DNA of 64,000 bases from Thermodesulfobacteriota bacterium (GTDB lineage Bacteria; Desulfobacterota_D; UBA1144; Nemesobacterales; Nemesobacteraceae), in contig OZ244851.1 of the NCBI GenBank assembly GCA_965220925.1, positions 1,500,040 to 1,564,039 on the forward strand, read 5' to 3'. Under the pieces are notes generated by a model, which was not told the DNA's origin, ran no database searches, and saw only the letters and a program-made list of their open reading frames with translations. Position 1 is the first letter of the stretch. Each line of letters opens with the position of its first letter. A program made the translations under genes and the position numbers. Below are positions 26,544-35,650 of the stretch, piece after piece.

Positions 26544-26672
26544 TTTAGTTTTGAAAAGTCTATAACTGACTGAAAACTGCCATAAAATTTGCTATTCATA
26601 ACAAGAAGCAAATGTTTCGCAGGTAATCTCTAAGGAGAACCAGGGCCCTCGCATTCGGGGGCCTTTTTTTTT
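26544..26672 (+). ncRNA. tracrRNA (5' end approximate)
   Basis: It is divergent from cas9. A TATAAT lies at 26532-26537. The anti-repeat spans 26563-26602: TAACTGACTGAAAACTGCC pairs with the repeat 3' half, there is a 9-nt bulge ATAAAATTT, and GCTATTCATAAC pairs with the repeat 5' end GTTGTGAATAGC with one G-U. A 3' tail ends in a strong terminator. Confidence 0.75.
26644..26672 (+). terminator. Intrinsic terminator of the tracrRNA
   Basis: Stem GGCCCUC / GGGGGCC (7 bp including one G-U), loop GCAUUC, followed by nine T residues. Confidence 0.8.
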
Positions 26673-26715
26673 GCCTTCACGCTAGCTTTACGGATTCAAA
26701 AGGATATTTTGGATT

Positions 26716-28158
26716 TTATTTGAACTTCAATTGGTTAAATAGCATCAGCGCCCTGTCTCTGGCTATCTGATGTTCCACTAGCGGAGAAGGGTAGTGTGTT
26801 TCCGTGAAGAAGCCACCGCTTTCTTCAGCTTTCCAAGGTTCATGAATATATTCATTTGATAAATCGTTAAGTTCAGGAACCCATCTGCGCACGTAAGAAC
26901 CCTCCGGGTCAAACTTCTTTCCCTGAAGAATTGGATTAAAAATGCGGAAATAAGGAGCGGCATCTACCCCACACCCCGAAACCCACTGCCAACTCACGGA
27001 ATTATTCGCAAGATCCGCATCCAAAAGAGTATCCCAAAACCATTCGGCGCCTTTTTGCCATGGTATAAGAAGATGTTTCACTAGAAACGAAGCAGCAACC
27101 ATGCGCACGCGATTGTGCATCCAGCCGGTAGCCCACAGTTCACGCATTCCCGCGTCAACTATCGGGTAACCGGTAAGTCCTCGTTGCCATCTGCGAAGCG
27201 ACTCGCTATCGCTACCCCACGGGAAATTCAAAAACTCTTCTCTAAACGGTTCCTCCGGAAATGTCGGCCAATGATAAAGCAGGTGATTGGAAAACTCCCG
27301 CCAAATAATCTGACGAAAAAAGGAACCGAACCCGTTTTTCGCATAAGGGTTTGTATTGTCTAGAATTTGATCCCAGCACATCCTTGGAGATACCTCGCCG
27401 AAATGAAGATGAGGCGAAAGCTTGGAAGTTCCTTCAATGTCCGGGCGGTCTCGGTGGCTTGAATATTCTCTTGCGAAGTCGTCCAAAAACGAGTCAAGAC
27501 GCTTAAAAGCTCCGAACTCTCCGGGAGTCCACATTTGAAGCCATCCGGCACTCCAGTCCGGATTTGTCGGAACTAGTTTCCATTTCCCAAGAGAATCACT
27601 TTTCACTCGGTTTTCCAGGCGTGGCAGCTTACTTGGAACCGGAAGCGGCGAAGATAGAGGAAACTCCTGCATGCAGGCTTTGTAAAAAGGAGTGAAAACT
27701 TTAAACGGTTCCCCTTTTTTTGTGGTTATACGTTCGGGTGGAAAAAGCAGGTTGCCGTCAAATACTCGAAACTTGACTCCCATACTCGCCAGAATTTCGT
27801 TTGCCGCCGCGTCGGTTTTTATCGCGTGCGGTTCTGTAAGTCGCGTAACGTAAACAGCTTCGGCTCCGGTCTCAATCGCAATGTCTTTAAGGATTTCAAG
27901 CGGGTTTCCCGAACGTAAAATCAGACGGTTGCCTCGGGATTTTAAGGATTCGTCAAGTCTTAAAAGACTGTGATGAAGCCACCACTTGCTTGCGCCTCCG
28001 GGTGCCCAAGGATCCGAATTACCGTCTTCGTGTATGTAGAGAGCCACGATGGGATTGCCCGATTTCGCCGCTTCCGAAAGCGCGGGGTTATCCGCGAGTC
28101 TTAAATCTTTTCTGAACCAATGAATAATCGGACGTGATTTTTCTTTTACACGAGTCAC
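26716..28158 (-). CDS. phrB: Deoxyribodipyrimidine photolyase (cryptochrome/photolyase family)
   Basis: 480 aa. N-terminal IHWFRKDLRL.DN.AL, FAD-binding region TGYPIVDAGMREL..TGWMHNR.RM..ASFL, and SVSWQWVSG.G.DAAPYFRIFNP. Confidence 0.9.
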   Translation of the reverse strand: MTRVKEKSRPIIHWFRKDLRLADNPALSEAAKSGNPIVALYIHEDGNSDPWAPGGASKWWLHHSLLRLDESLKSRGNRLILRSGNPLEILKDIAIETGAEAVYVTRLTEPHAIKTDAAANEILASMGVKFRVFDGNLLFPPERITTKKGEPFKVFTPFYKACMQEFPLSSPLPVPSKLPRLENRVKSDSLGKWKLVPTNPDWSAGWLQMWTPGEFGAFKRLDSFLDDFAREYSSHRDRPDIEGTSKLSPHLHFGEVSPRMCWDQILDNTNPYAKNGFGSFFRQIIWREFSNHLLYHWPTFPEEPFREEFLNFPWGSDSESLRRWQRGLTGYPIVDAGMRELWATGWMHNRVRMVAASFLVKHLLIPWQKGAEWFWDTLLDADLANNSVSWQWVSGCGVDAAPYFRIFNPILQGKKFDPEGSYVRRWVPELNDLSNEYIHEPWKAEESGGFFTETHYPSPLVEHQIARDRALMLFNQLKFK

Positions 28159-28292
28159 TTTTGAGTTCTATTTGCTCTTTTCAGTTTTTTTGTTCCAACT
28201 TCGTCTTTTGCGTTAGCAATTACGGTAAACTATATTGAATAAGAATCGAGGAAATTTCTATTCGATAGACCGCTTTATTAATATCCATCTCC

Positions 28293-29198
28293 ATGTCCAA
28301 CAAAAGCACAGTAGAAGCTTTCAGGTCCGGATTTATTTCCGTAATAGGAAGACCGAACGTAGGGAAGTCCACTCTTGTAAACTCCGTTATCGGAAAAAAA
28401 GTATCTGCCGTTTCGGATAAACCGAGCACTACGAGAAACAGAATTCTCGGCGTAAGAACTTTTGACGACTGCCAAATGGTTTTTCTTGATACTCCGGGAG
28501 TGTACAGGGAGAAAACCAGACTGGGAAAATCGATGGTGCGAGCGGTAAGTGGAGCTCTTTCCGACGCGGATTTGGTGGCGTTTGTTACGGATGTGGAAAA
28601 GCCTTTCGGACCTGCGGACGAATCGATATTGAAAACCCTTGGGAAGCCGTCCGTATTCGTCGTAAACAAAATCGACAAGATAAAAAAATCAAAACTTTTG
28701 TCCGTAATCTCCGCGGCGGAAAAGTTTTCCGACAAGTTTTTGGAAATCGTCCCAATTTCGGCACTTCAAAACGACGGAGTCTCGCAATTTACCGAAATTC
28801 TTAAAAAATACCTTCCCGAAGGGCCCAGATATTTTCCCGAGGATGTTTTCACCGATCAGCCGGAAGTTTTTTACATAAGCGAGCTCATAAGGGAAAAAAT
28901 ATTCAATCTCACCAGAAAGGAAATTCCCTATAAAGTCGCGGTCGCGGTCTCCGGGTTTAGCGAAGATACGGAGAAAAATCTGCTAAGCGTAAATGCCGAA
29001 ATATACGTGGAGAGAAAAAGCCACAAGGGGATTATCATAGGCAGGGGAGGAGCGATGCTAAAACGCGTGGGTTCCGAAGCGAGAGCCGAGATTGAAGAGG
29101 TACTTGGAGTGAGGCTTTTTTTGGATCTTTACGTGAAAGTGAAAGAGAACTGGACCCAGAATGATTTTCTGATAAAAGAATTCGGTTACGGAGACTGA
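28293..29198 (+). CDS. era: GTPase Era
   Basis: 301 aa. G1 GRPNVGKSTL, G3 DTPG, G4 NKID, and a C-terminal KH domain (IIGRGGAMLKRVG). Confidence 0.93.
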   Translation: MSNKSTVEAFRSGFISVIGRPNVGKSTLVNSVIGKKVSAVSDKPSTTRNRILGVRTFDDCQMVFLDTPGVYREKTRLGKSMVRAVSGALSDADLVAFVTDVEKPFGPADESILKTLGKPSVFVVNKIDKIKKSKLLSVISAAEKFSDKFLEIVPISALQNDGVSQFTEILKKYLPEGPRYFPEDVFTDQPEVFYISELIREKIFNLTRKEIPYKVAVAVSGFSEDTEKNLLSVNAEIYVERKSHKGIIIGRGGAMLKRVGSEARAEIEEVLGVRLFLDLYVKVKENWTQNDFLIKEFGYGD

Positions 29199-29356
29199 TT
29201 TAAATTTCCTGATCGACTTTAAAAATAAGTCTTTTTTAGTGTTTATAGAAAGTTATAACAATTTCGCAGGTGACTGAAAGAAAGCATTTTGATCAGGGGA
29301 TAAATCGTGTCGAGATTCTTGGCTGCCAAATCGCTTCACTAGCCTTATTTTACCGG

Positions 29357-30391
29357 TTATCGATCCGATATTTTTACTACCTTGGCTCCTTTTCCTCCGC
29401 CTTTTTTTATTTCTACAAGGGCTTTATTGGTTTCCGGGAGCGTGTATTCGGTGACTTCGGCTTCTATTTCAAAGTCGCGGGCAACTGAAAGAAATCCGGA
29501 CACGTCTTCTCTTGTGACGTTAGCCACGCTTTTTATCTCTTTTTCTAGCCACAAATGCGACTGGTAATCAAGATCAAGAAGTGAATCGATATCCGAATTT
29601 TCCTTGCTTATAGCGTTTATTATAAGTTTTCCGCCGCGATCTAGATTCTCAAGCGAACTGATTATCGGTCTCCATGCGGGAGTAGTGTCGATAATGGCGG
29701 CAAGCTTTCTTGGCGCGCGTTCTTTAATCCCTCCGCTCCAACTCGCGCCAAGTTCCGTCGCGAAATCTCTTTCCTTTCTTTCTCTCGCAAACACAAACAC
29801 TTCGCTTCTTGGATACAGGAGTCGAAGAAGTTTCATTACGAGATGCGCAGACGCGCCGAATCCAATAAGTCCCATGGAGTCTCCGTTTTTTATTCCCGAA
29901 AGTTTGACGCAGCGATAACCTATCGCTCCGGCGCATAGAAGAGGGGCGGTTCTAACCGGATTCATTTCCTCGGATATCGGGTAGACGAAACGCGAATCAG
30001 CAGCCATGAATTCGGCAAATCCTCCGTCTCTGTCTTTTCCCGTGGCGATAAACTTCGCGCAAAGGTTCTCCCGATCGGTTTCGCAGTAGCCGCATTTCCC
30101 GCAGGCTCCCCCTATCCAAGCCACTCCTACCGTAGTCCCCGTTTTTAAATCGCTTGCGCCGCTTCCGAGTTTTTCAACCACTCCAACTACCTGATGTCCG
30201 GGAATGACCGGAAAGCGTGAAGGCGCGACTCTTCCTTCCACCTCGTCCAAATCGGTACGGCACACTCCGCAGGCCAAAACGCGTATCAGTACTTCTTTTT
30301 CGGATGGTTTCGGAACGTGAAGTTCGACCAAATCAAGCGGCGTTTCATTTTCTAGCGGATCGCACGGCGCTTTTAGAATCATGGCTTTCAT
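29357..30391 (-). CDS. Zinc-dependent alcohol dehydrogenase family oxidoreductase
   Basis: 344 aa. Catalytic Zn GVCRTDLD, GHQVVG, structural Zn cluster CGKCGYCETDRENLC, and a Rossmann fold GLIGFGASAH. Confidence 0.85.
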   Translation of the reverse strand: MKAMILKAPCDPLENETPLDLVELHVPKPSEKEVLIRVLACGVCRTDLDEVEGRVAPSRFPVIPGHQVVGVVEKLGSGASDLKTGTTVGVAWIGGACGKCGYCETDRENLCAKFIATGKDRDGGFAEFMAADSRFVYPISEEMNPVRTAPLLCAGAIGYRCVKLSGIKNGDSMGLIGFGASAHLVMKLLRLLYPRSEVFVFARERKERDFATELGASWSGGIKERAPRKLAAIIDTTPAWRPIISSLENLDRGGKLIINAISKENSDIDSLLDLDYQSHLWLEKEIKSVANVTREDVSGFLSVARDFEIEAEVTEYTLPETNKALVEIKKGGGKGAKVVKISDR

Positions 30392-30463
30392 CGCAATGAA
30401 AATATAACATCTACGTACCGCGAATGCCGTTTGGACGGATAAAAATTGAGCGTTTTCGTAAGG

Positions 30464-31417
30464 TTATGAAATCAGCCGGGAGAAACTCGATTCTTTCATA
30501 ATGCGTATAGACTTGCCTTTTTGGATCAAATCTTCCGCCTTTTTATGTTTCGAGCTTTTCTTTAGATTTTTTCTTTTTTCGCCGACAATGAGAATTGATG
30601 TTCTTTCGGTCACGTTTTCCTCGACTTTGTATCCGACGACGGTGGCCAAAGCCGCGGCTTCCCGCCTCGGGATCGAAAGCGTGCCCGTGAAAACAATCAC
30701 TTCTCCAATATCCGACTTTTTGTTGGCTTCTTTTCCGGAAAGGGGTTTCGCTGGATTCGGATATTCATAGGTCTTCATTCTAGACTGGGATCTTGCGGGT
30801 TTTGTACCGTCTCTCGCGCTTTGCAACTGATTTATCGCAAGTCCCGTGGATTCGCACGCGCGAAGTATGATCTCGGCGGCTGCTCTAGCGTCTTCCCCCG
30901 CGTCATGATGCCTAAAAGCAATTCCCAGATCACCGGCGATGTTTCCAAGACTGTAACCTCTTTCGGCGTATTTTTCGGGCCAGGCGCGTCGCGCTACCTG
31001 AGCGCTGTCAATCCAGGTTCGGTAGCGAAGAGATTTTCCTTGCGCTTCGTATGCTTTCTGAATCGCCCTGCGGTCAAAAAGCGTGTGGCTTACCACTATG
31101 TCTTTTAAGTATCGCGCGATTTTGCCGTGTAGGTCTTTAAACCTTGGGGAACTCCTTACCGTGAATTGATCTATGCCGTGAACGGCGATGTTGTAGGGAT
31201 CGAAAAAATCTTCCGGGTCGATAAGTTGAGTCCATACGTCTTCGATTTTCGCGGACCTGACAACCGCCACACCTATCTGACAGATGCTCGATACATCGGA
31301 ATTCGCGGTTTCCACGTCAACCGCCACGAAGTCCATATTTTTAATCTTCGCCGCGTTGTTTTTTCCGTTTCGCGCGTAAGACGTTTTTATTTTTCTTCCT
31401 GTCTTCGACTGCGCCAT
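30464..31417 (-). CDS. DEDD-type 3'-5' exonuclease (DnaQ/epsilon-like) with a C-terminal BRCT-like domain
   Basis: 317 aa. ExoI FVAVDVETAN, ExoII HTLFDRRAI, ExoIII FRHHDAGEDARAAAEI. The C-terminal region VIVFTGTL...REAAA.....G.KV resembles BRCT. Confidence 0.75.
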   Translation of the reverse strand: MAQSKTGRKIKTSYARNGKNNAAKIKNMDFVAVDVETANSDVSSICQIGVAVVRSAKIEDVWTQLIDPEDFFDPYNIAVHGIDQFTVRSSPRFKDLHGKIARYLKDIVVSHTLFDRRAIQKAYEAQGKSLRYRTWIDSAQVARRAWPEKYAERGYSLGNIAGDLGIAFRHHDAGEDARAAAEIILRACESTGLAINQLQSARDGTKPARSQSRMKTYEYPNPAKPLSGKEANKKSDIGEVIVFTGTLSIPRREAAALATVVGYKVEENVTERTSILIVGEKRKNLKKSSKHKKAEDLIQKGKSIRIMKESSFSRLIS

Positions 31418-31559
31418 TATCCCTATCTTCCATCCGTAATTATCGTAAGGGAAAAGGCGCTTTTTTCAATTTCGTTTATGGGGTTGAGAAGCCTTCGGGT
31501 TTTAAACTGAGATTATATTGTTTATACTTTCATCGATTAAAAAGAATCGGAGGCGCAAA

Positions 31560-32063
31560 TTGCCATTATACGAGTATGAATGCGATAGCTGTATGGAGAG
31601 TTACAACACCGATATAGATAGCTTGGTGGATAAGCTCACGAAGAAGAACGCGACTGAGATTTTCAAAAAAAATAGTAATTTTTGCTATATTGAGGTTACC
31701 AGAGACAAAGACGGGAAACGCATTTTCGAGCTTGGAGAAAAGGGCGTAAGCGGCGCCAGAAGATTTCGCTACAAGCTTCAAACCGGCAAAGTTCTCTACC
31801 TTGAACTCAAAAACTTCCGCTTCAATCACTTGGTTTACGGAGACGACGACCGGGAAGAAATTAAATGTCCTCTTTGCGACGATACCAAAACCGTGAGGAG
31901 AGTTTTTTCCACTTTCAAGGCCATATTCGACGACAAAAGCAAAAGAGCTCCGGGGCCGGGAGACGAGCTTAGGTGGCATCTTGAGTACAAGCAGCAAAAA
32001 GACGAAGAGATAGCCAGCGACTGGGTAGGCCAGGATCATCTAGGTCAGTACTTCAACAGATAG
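31560..32063 (+). CDS. FmdB-like split zinc-ribbon protein, paralog A
   Basis: The start is moved to TTG 31560, 6 nt after GGAGG. The N-terminus is PLYEYECDSC and the second knuckle (IKCPLCDD) lies about 100 aa downstream. It is homologous to the next ORF. Confidence 0.6.
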   Translation: MPLYEYECDSCMESYNTDIDSLVDKLTKKNATEIFKKNSNFCYIEVTRDKDGKRIFELGEKGVSGARRFRYKLQTGKVLYLELKNFRFNHLVYGDDDREEIKCPLCDDTKTVRRVFSTFKAIFDDKSKRAPGPGDELRWHLEYKQQKDEEIASDWVGQDHLGQYFNR

Positions 32064-32077
32064 GAGATAATAACGCG

Positions 32078-32560
32078 ATGCCTCTTTACGAATTCGAGTG
32101 CTTAAAGTGCAGAAACAACGTCGAGAAATCCCTGAAGGTTCTTGAAAAAAAACGGGACAAGGAAACCGTGAAAGACCTTGTGGAAAAATACGAAAATATC
32201 TACGCCATAGAAATTGTCGATCTTGAAGGCGAAAAAATTGTCGCCAAGCACGGAAGAAAAGGAAAAGATTCGGTGTTTGGAGATTTTTATATCAAAGACG
32301 GATCCGTACTCGTTCTTTTCAACATGCAGAACTACAGATTCTCCGAACTTATATACGAGGAAGGAGACGAAAAAAACGTAAAATGCCCTTGCGGAGAGAA
32401 AAAAAAGGTGGAAAAAGTAATCTCGAGTTTCGCCTTTACCAAGGATCTCTCAACGAATATGCCGAAGCCCGATCTTTCCAATCTTCCGCCTTCGGTAAGA
32501 AACAGAACTCACATAGGTGAGTACATAGAGGAAAAAGACAGGCCCAAAAAGAACAGATGA
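32078..32560 (+). CDS. FmdB-like split zinc-ribbon protein, paralog B
   Basis: 160 aa. MPLYEFECLKC ... NYRFSELIY ... VKCPCGEKK. It is colinear with paralog A. Confidence 0.65.
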   Translation: MPLYEFECLKCRNNVEKSLKVLEKKRDKETVKDLVEKYENIYAIEIVDLEGEKIVAKHGRKGKDSVFGDFYIKDGSVLVLFNMQNYRFSELIYEEGDEKNVKCPCGEKKKVEKVISSFAFTKDLSTNMPKPDLSNLPPSVRNRTHIGEYIEEKDRPKKNR

Positions 32561-32602
32561 TTTCACTTCGCTCTTTTTGAGGTTCCTAAACCCGGGGGTC
32601 GT

Positions 32603-33256
32603 TTACTTATTTTCCGCGTAATCCTCTTTTCGCTTTCCGAACCTTCGCTCAAGTTCTTTCGATATTTCCTGAGGCTTAAGGTTTTCTTTGGAAAGCAGTA
32701 CCATTGAGTGGAACCAGAGATCGGCAAGTTCGTAGATAAGTTCGTTTTTATCGCTGTTTTTCGCGGCTATCACGGCTTCGCCCGCTTCTTCGGTGATTTT
32801 TTTAAGTATCCTGTCGAGTCCGCCTTCCATAAGACCGCTTACGTAGGAGCCGTCTTTGGGACTGAGCTTCCGGCTCTCTATTACCTCAAACACTTTCCCT
32901 ATGTAGCCGAGTTCGAATTCCGGAGCCAATTTTTCCTCAAAATCGCTCGACCTGTAAAAACAACTCGCCGCTCCCGTGTGACACGCCGCTCCCGTCTGCG
33001 TTACCGTTACAAGCACCGTATCGCAGTCGCAGTCGACAAAAATTTCCTTTACGTCTTGAAAATGGCCGGATTCTTCTCCTTTGTTCCAGAGTTTTTTCCT
33101 CGACCTGCTCCAGAAATGGGTTCTTCCAGTCTCGACGGTTTTCTTTAAAGCCTCCATATTAGCGTAGGCGAGCATAAGCACGCGTCCGCTTGAACTGTCC
33201 TGCACTATAACCGGAACGAGTCCTTGTTTGTCGAACTTTATTTTTTCAAAATCCAT
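32603..33256 (-). CDS. hisIE: Bifunctional phosphoribosyl-AMP cyclohydrolase / phosphoribosyl-ATP pyrophosphatase
   Basis: 217 aa. The HisI part has [31 protein letters not shown] and DCD.D. The HisE part has KK..EEA.E..IAAK and ELADL.FH. Confidence 0.9.
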   Translation of the reverse strand: MDFEKIKFDKQGLVPVIVQDSSSGRVLMLAYANMEALKKTVETGRTHFWSRSRKKLWNKGEESGHFQDVKEIFVDCDCDTVLVTVTQTGAACHTGAASCFYRSSDFEEKLAPEFELGYIGKVFEVIESRKLSPKDGSYVSGLMEGGLDRILKKITEEAGEAVIAAKNSDKNELIYELADLWFHSMVLLSKENLKPQEISKELERRFGKRKEDYAENK

Positions 33257-33436
33257 GGGGATTCCGCCTTGCCGAAAGCAAGCGAAAATAGTAATTGTAA
33301 AGCGTTCTTTGTCAAAAACTTAAAAGAGCGAAATATACGGGTGACGAGTCCCGGTGTCCAAAACTTTTCTTGAATTAAGCGCGGCTTTGTGTTTGTATCT
33401 TAGAGTCAAATGCACTTCGGTTAGAGATCCGGTTCC

Positions 33437-35194
33437 ATGCATCCTCGAAAATATTTTATTCACGCGATTTCCACTCTGTTTCTCATTGCCGCGCTGGCTG
33501 TTTTGGGTTTTACGTCGTGCGGCGAAAACGAGGACGTAAGCTTCGAATACGGAGTCGCAAGCGGGGATCCTCTTTCCGACGGAGTTATTCTCTGGACCAG
33601 GGCGACTCCTCTTGAGTCGCAGAAAACCATAGACGTCACAGTCGAGGTCGCCTCCGACCACAAGTTTACGGATGTTGTGCACAGTTCGGTTGTAACTACC
33701 TCCGCAGATGCCGATTACACGGTAAAAATCGACGTTAATCAACTGCAAGCCGGGACTTTTTACTACTACCGTTTCAAAGCGGGAGGGGCCACCTCCGCAA
33801 CCGGCCGTACTAAAACTCTTCCCGCGGGTGACGTAAGTTCCGTAAAACTGGCCGTGTTTTCATGCTCAAGCTACCCCTCCGGACACTTTAACGTTTACGA
33901 TCATGCGGCGGGAATTGCGGATATAGACGCCGTCGTTCACTTGGGCGACTACATATACGATTATGGCATGGGAGGTTTCGGCACTGAAAATTCGGAGGAG
34001 ATAGGCAGATTTCTACCCGAAGATCGAAACACCGAGACCATAACGCTTGAGGACTATCGAAAACGTTACGCGCTTTACCGCTCCGACTCCAGACTTAGAA
34101 AACTCCACGCGCTGCATCCTTTTATCACCGTTTGGGATGATCACGAAGTCGCAAACGACGCCTATTCCGAAGGAGCCGAAAACCACAACCAGGGAGAAGG
34201 AGATTTCTCGGCGCGCAAAATGGCCGCCATCCAGGCTTACTACGAATGGATGCCGATTCGCGCGGTGAACGATCAAGATCCCGAAATCATCTATCGCAGT
34301 TTTTCTTTTGGAACCTTGCTTGATTTGCACGTGCTCGATACCCGGCTGGTGGCTCGGGAAAAGCAGCTTGACTATAACGATTATTTCGACCCGCAAACGG
34401 CGGCGTTTGACGCGGCGCGATTCCAAAGCGATCTTACGGCAAGTTCGCTTCTGGGTGAAGGTCAGCTGGCTTGGCTTCAAGGGAAGCTTACAGAGTCCAC
34501 CGCCACTTGGCAGACTTTGGGTCAGCAGGTGCTTATGGGAAGGATGGAAATTCCGGTCGAACTGCTTCTTTTAGTAAACGAGTTGCAGCTTCGACTTTCG
34601 CTGGGAGCCGATCAAAGCGTGATCGATCAGATTGCGGAACGGATTCAGATCACTCTTGGCGAACTGGTTCAAATTAAAGGGCGAATATTGCAGGGAGATC
34701 CTTCCGTAACCGCCGAGGAGAGAGGTCGTCTCGAGCCCAAACTAGCGTATAATCTTGACGCGTGGGACGGTTACCCGGTTGATCGGGAAAGTGTGTTCGG
34801 AGCCGCGTACGCGGCGAATAAAAACCTCGTCGTGCTCTCCGGAGATACGCACAACGGATGGGCCAACAATCTAAAAGATAGAAACGGTAACGAAGTGGGC
34901 GTTGAATTCGCCCTGCCTTCCGTTACCGCTCCCGGTATCGAATATCAACTGTCTTTAGACGCGCAGCAGGCGGAAAGTTTCGCCCAGGCTGTGGGTGTGC
35001 TGATTCAAGATCTTGTCTATGCGAATCTTTACGAAAGAGGGTATATGGTTGTTACCTTCACTGCGGACAAGGCCGAATCAGAATGGATATACGTCGATTC
35101 CGTGGACCGGTCGGAATATGAGATAAACGCGGCGAAATCTAAAAAGCTAAGCGTTCTTCCCGGCGCGGGTAATCGTACTCTTATAAGCGAATGA
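33437..35194 (+). CDS. phoD: PhoD-family alkaline phosphatase / phosphodiesterase (lipoprotein-type signal)
   Basis: 585 aa. GVASGDPLSDGVILWTR, VHLGDYIYDYG, WDDHEVANDA and SGDTHNGWA. The signal peptide ends in FTSC. Confidence 0.85.
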   Translation: MHPRKYFIHAISTLFLIAALAVLGFTSCGENEDVSFEYGVASGDPLSDGVILWTRATPLESQKTIDVTVEVASDHKFTDVVHSSVVTTSADADYTVKIDVNQLQAGTFYYYRFKAGGATSATGRTKTLPAGDVSSVKLAVFSCSSYPSGHFNVYDHAAGIADIDAVVHLGDYIYDYGMGGFGTENSEEIGRFLPEDRNTETITLEDYRKRYALYRSDSRLRKLHALHPFITVWDDHEVANDAYSEGAENHNQGEGDFSARKMAAIQAYYEWMPIRAVNDQDPEIIYRSFSFGTLLDLHVLDTRLVAREKQLDYNDYFDPQTAAFDAARFQSDLTASSLLGEGQLAWLQGKLTESTATWQTLGQQVLMGRMEIPVELLLLVNELQLRLSLGADQSVIDQIAERIQITLGELVQIKGRILQGDPSVTAEERGRLEPKLAYNLDAWDGYPVDRESVFGAAYAANKNLVVLSGDTHNGWANNLKDRNGNEVGVEFALPSVTAPGIEYQLSLDAQQAESFAQAVGVLIQDLVYANLYERGYMVVTFTADKAESEWIYVDSVDRSEYEINAAKSKKLSVLPGAGNRTLISE

Positions 35195-35370
35195 GTATGT
35201 TGCGTGGAGTAGAGAGGTTAGAAAAAATAAAAAGAAAACTGGAAGCGGATTTGATTGACATATCTGAAAAAAGTCGAATTATATACCGTAAGTTACGTTT
35301 CGCGACTAACTGTCGGCTGAATTCGGAAGACGAATTCAGTCTTTAAATTCTAGGGGGAGAGTAAGAAATT

Positions 35371-35583
35371 ATGGCTAGAATCACGATTGAAGACTGCTTG
35401 GAGAAAGTTCCCAACAAGTTTGCTCTTTCCATCGCCGCTATGAAAAGAGCGCGTCAGATAGCCAAAGGCGCGACCGTGGTGGCGTCTGAGAACGACGACA
35501 ACAAACATGTCGTCTCGGCGCTAAGAGAAATAGCCGAAGGCAAAGTAAACGTGGAATATCCCAAAGACAGGGATAACTACTGA
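35371..35583 (+). CDS. rpoZ: DNA-directed RNA polymerase subunit omega
   Basis: 70 aa. MARITIEDCLEKVPNKFAL...AMKRARQI is the canonical omega N-terminus. Confidence 0.85.
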   Translation: MARITIEDCLEKVPNKFALSIAAMKRARQIAKGATVVASENDDNKHVVSALREIAEGKVNVEYPKDRDNY

Positions 35584-35650
35584 TAAGACTTCTTAAGCGC
35601 CGTTTCGCGCGAGATTTCGCTTGGCGCGTAATCTAGGCGGGGATCTTTCT

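Noticed and set aside
28220-28735. A 171-aa minus-strand ORF overlaps the start of era.
   Set aside because: It is antisense to a well-supported Era GTPase gene, has no recognisable motifs and has no RBS.
33320-33748. A 142-aa minus-strand ORF overlaps the phoD start region.
   Set aside because: It is antisense to or overlaps a well-supported PhoD gene, and it has no motifs or RBS.
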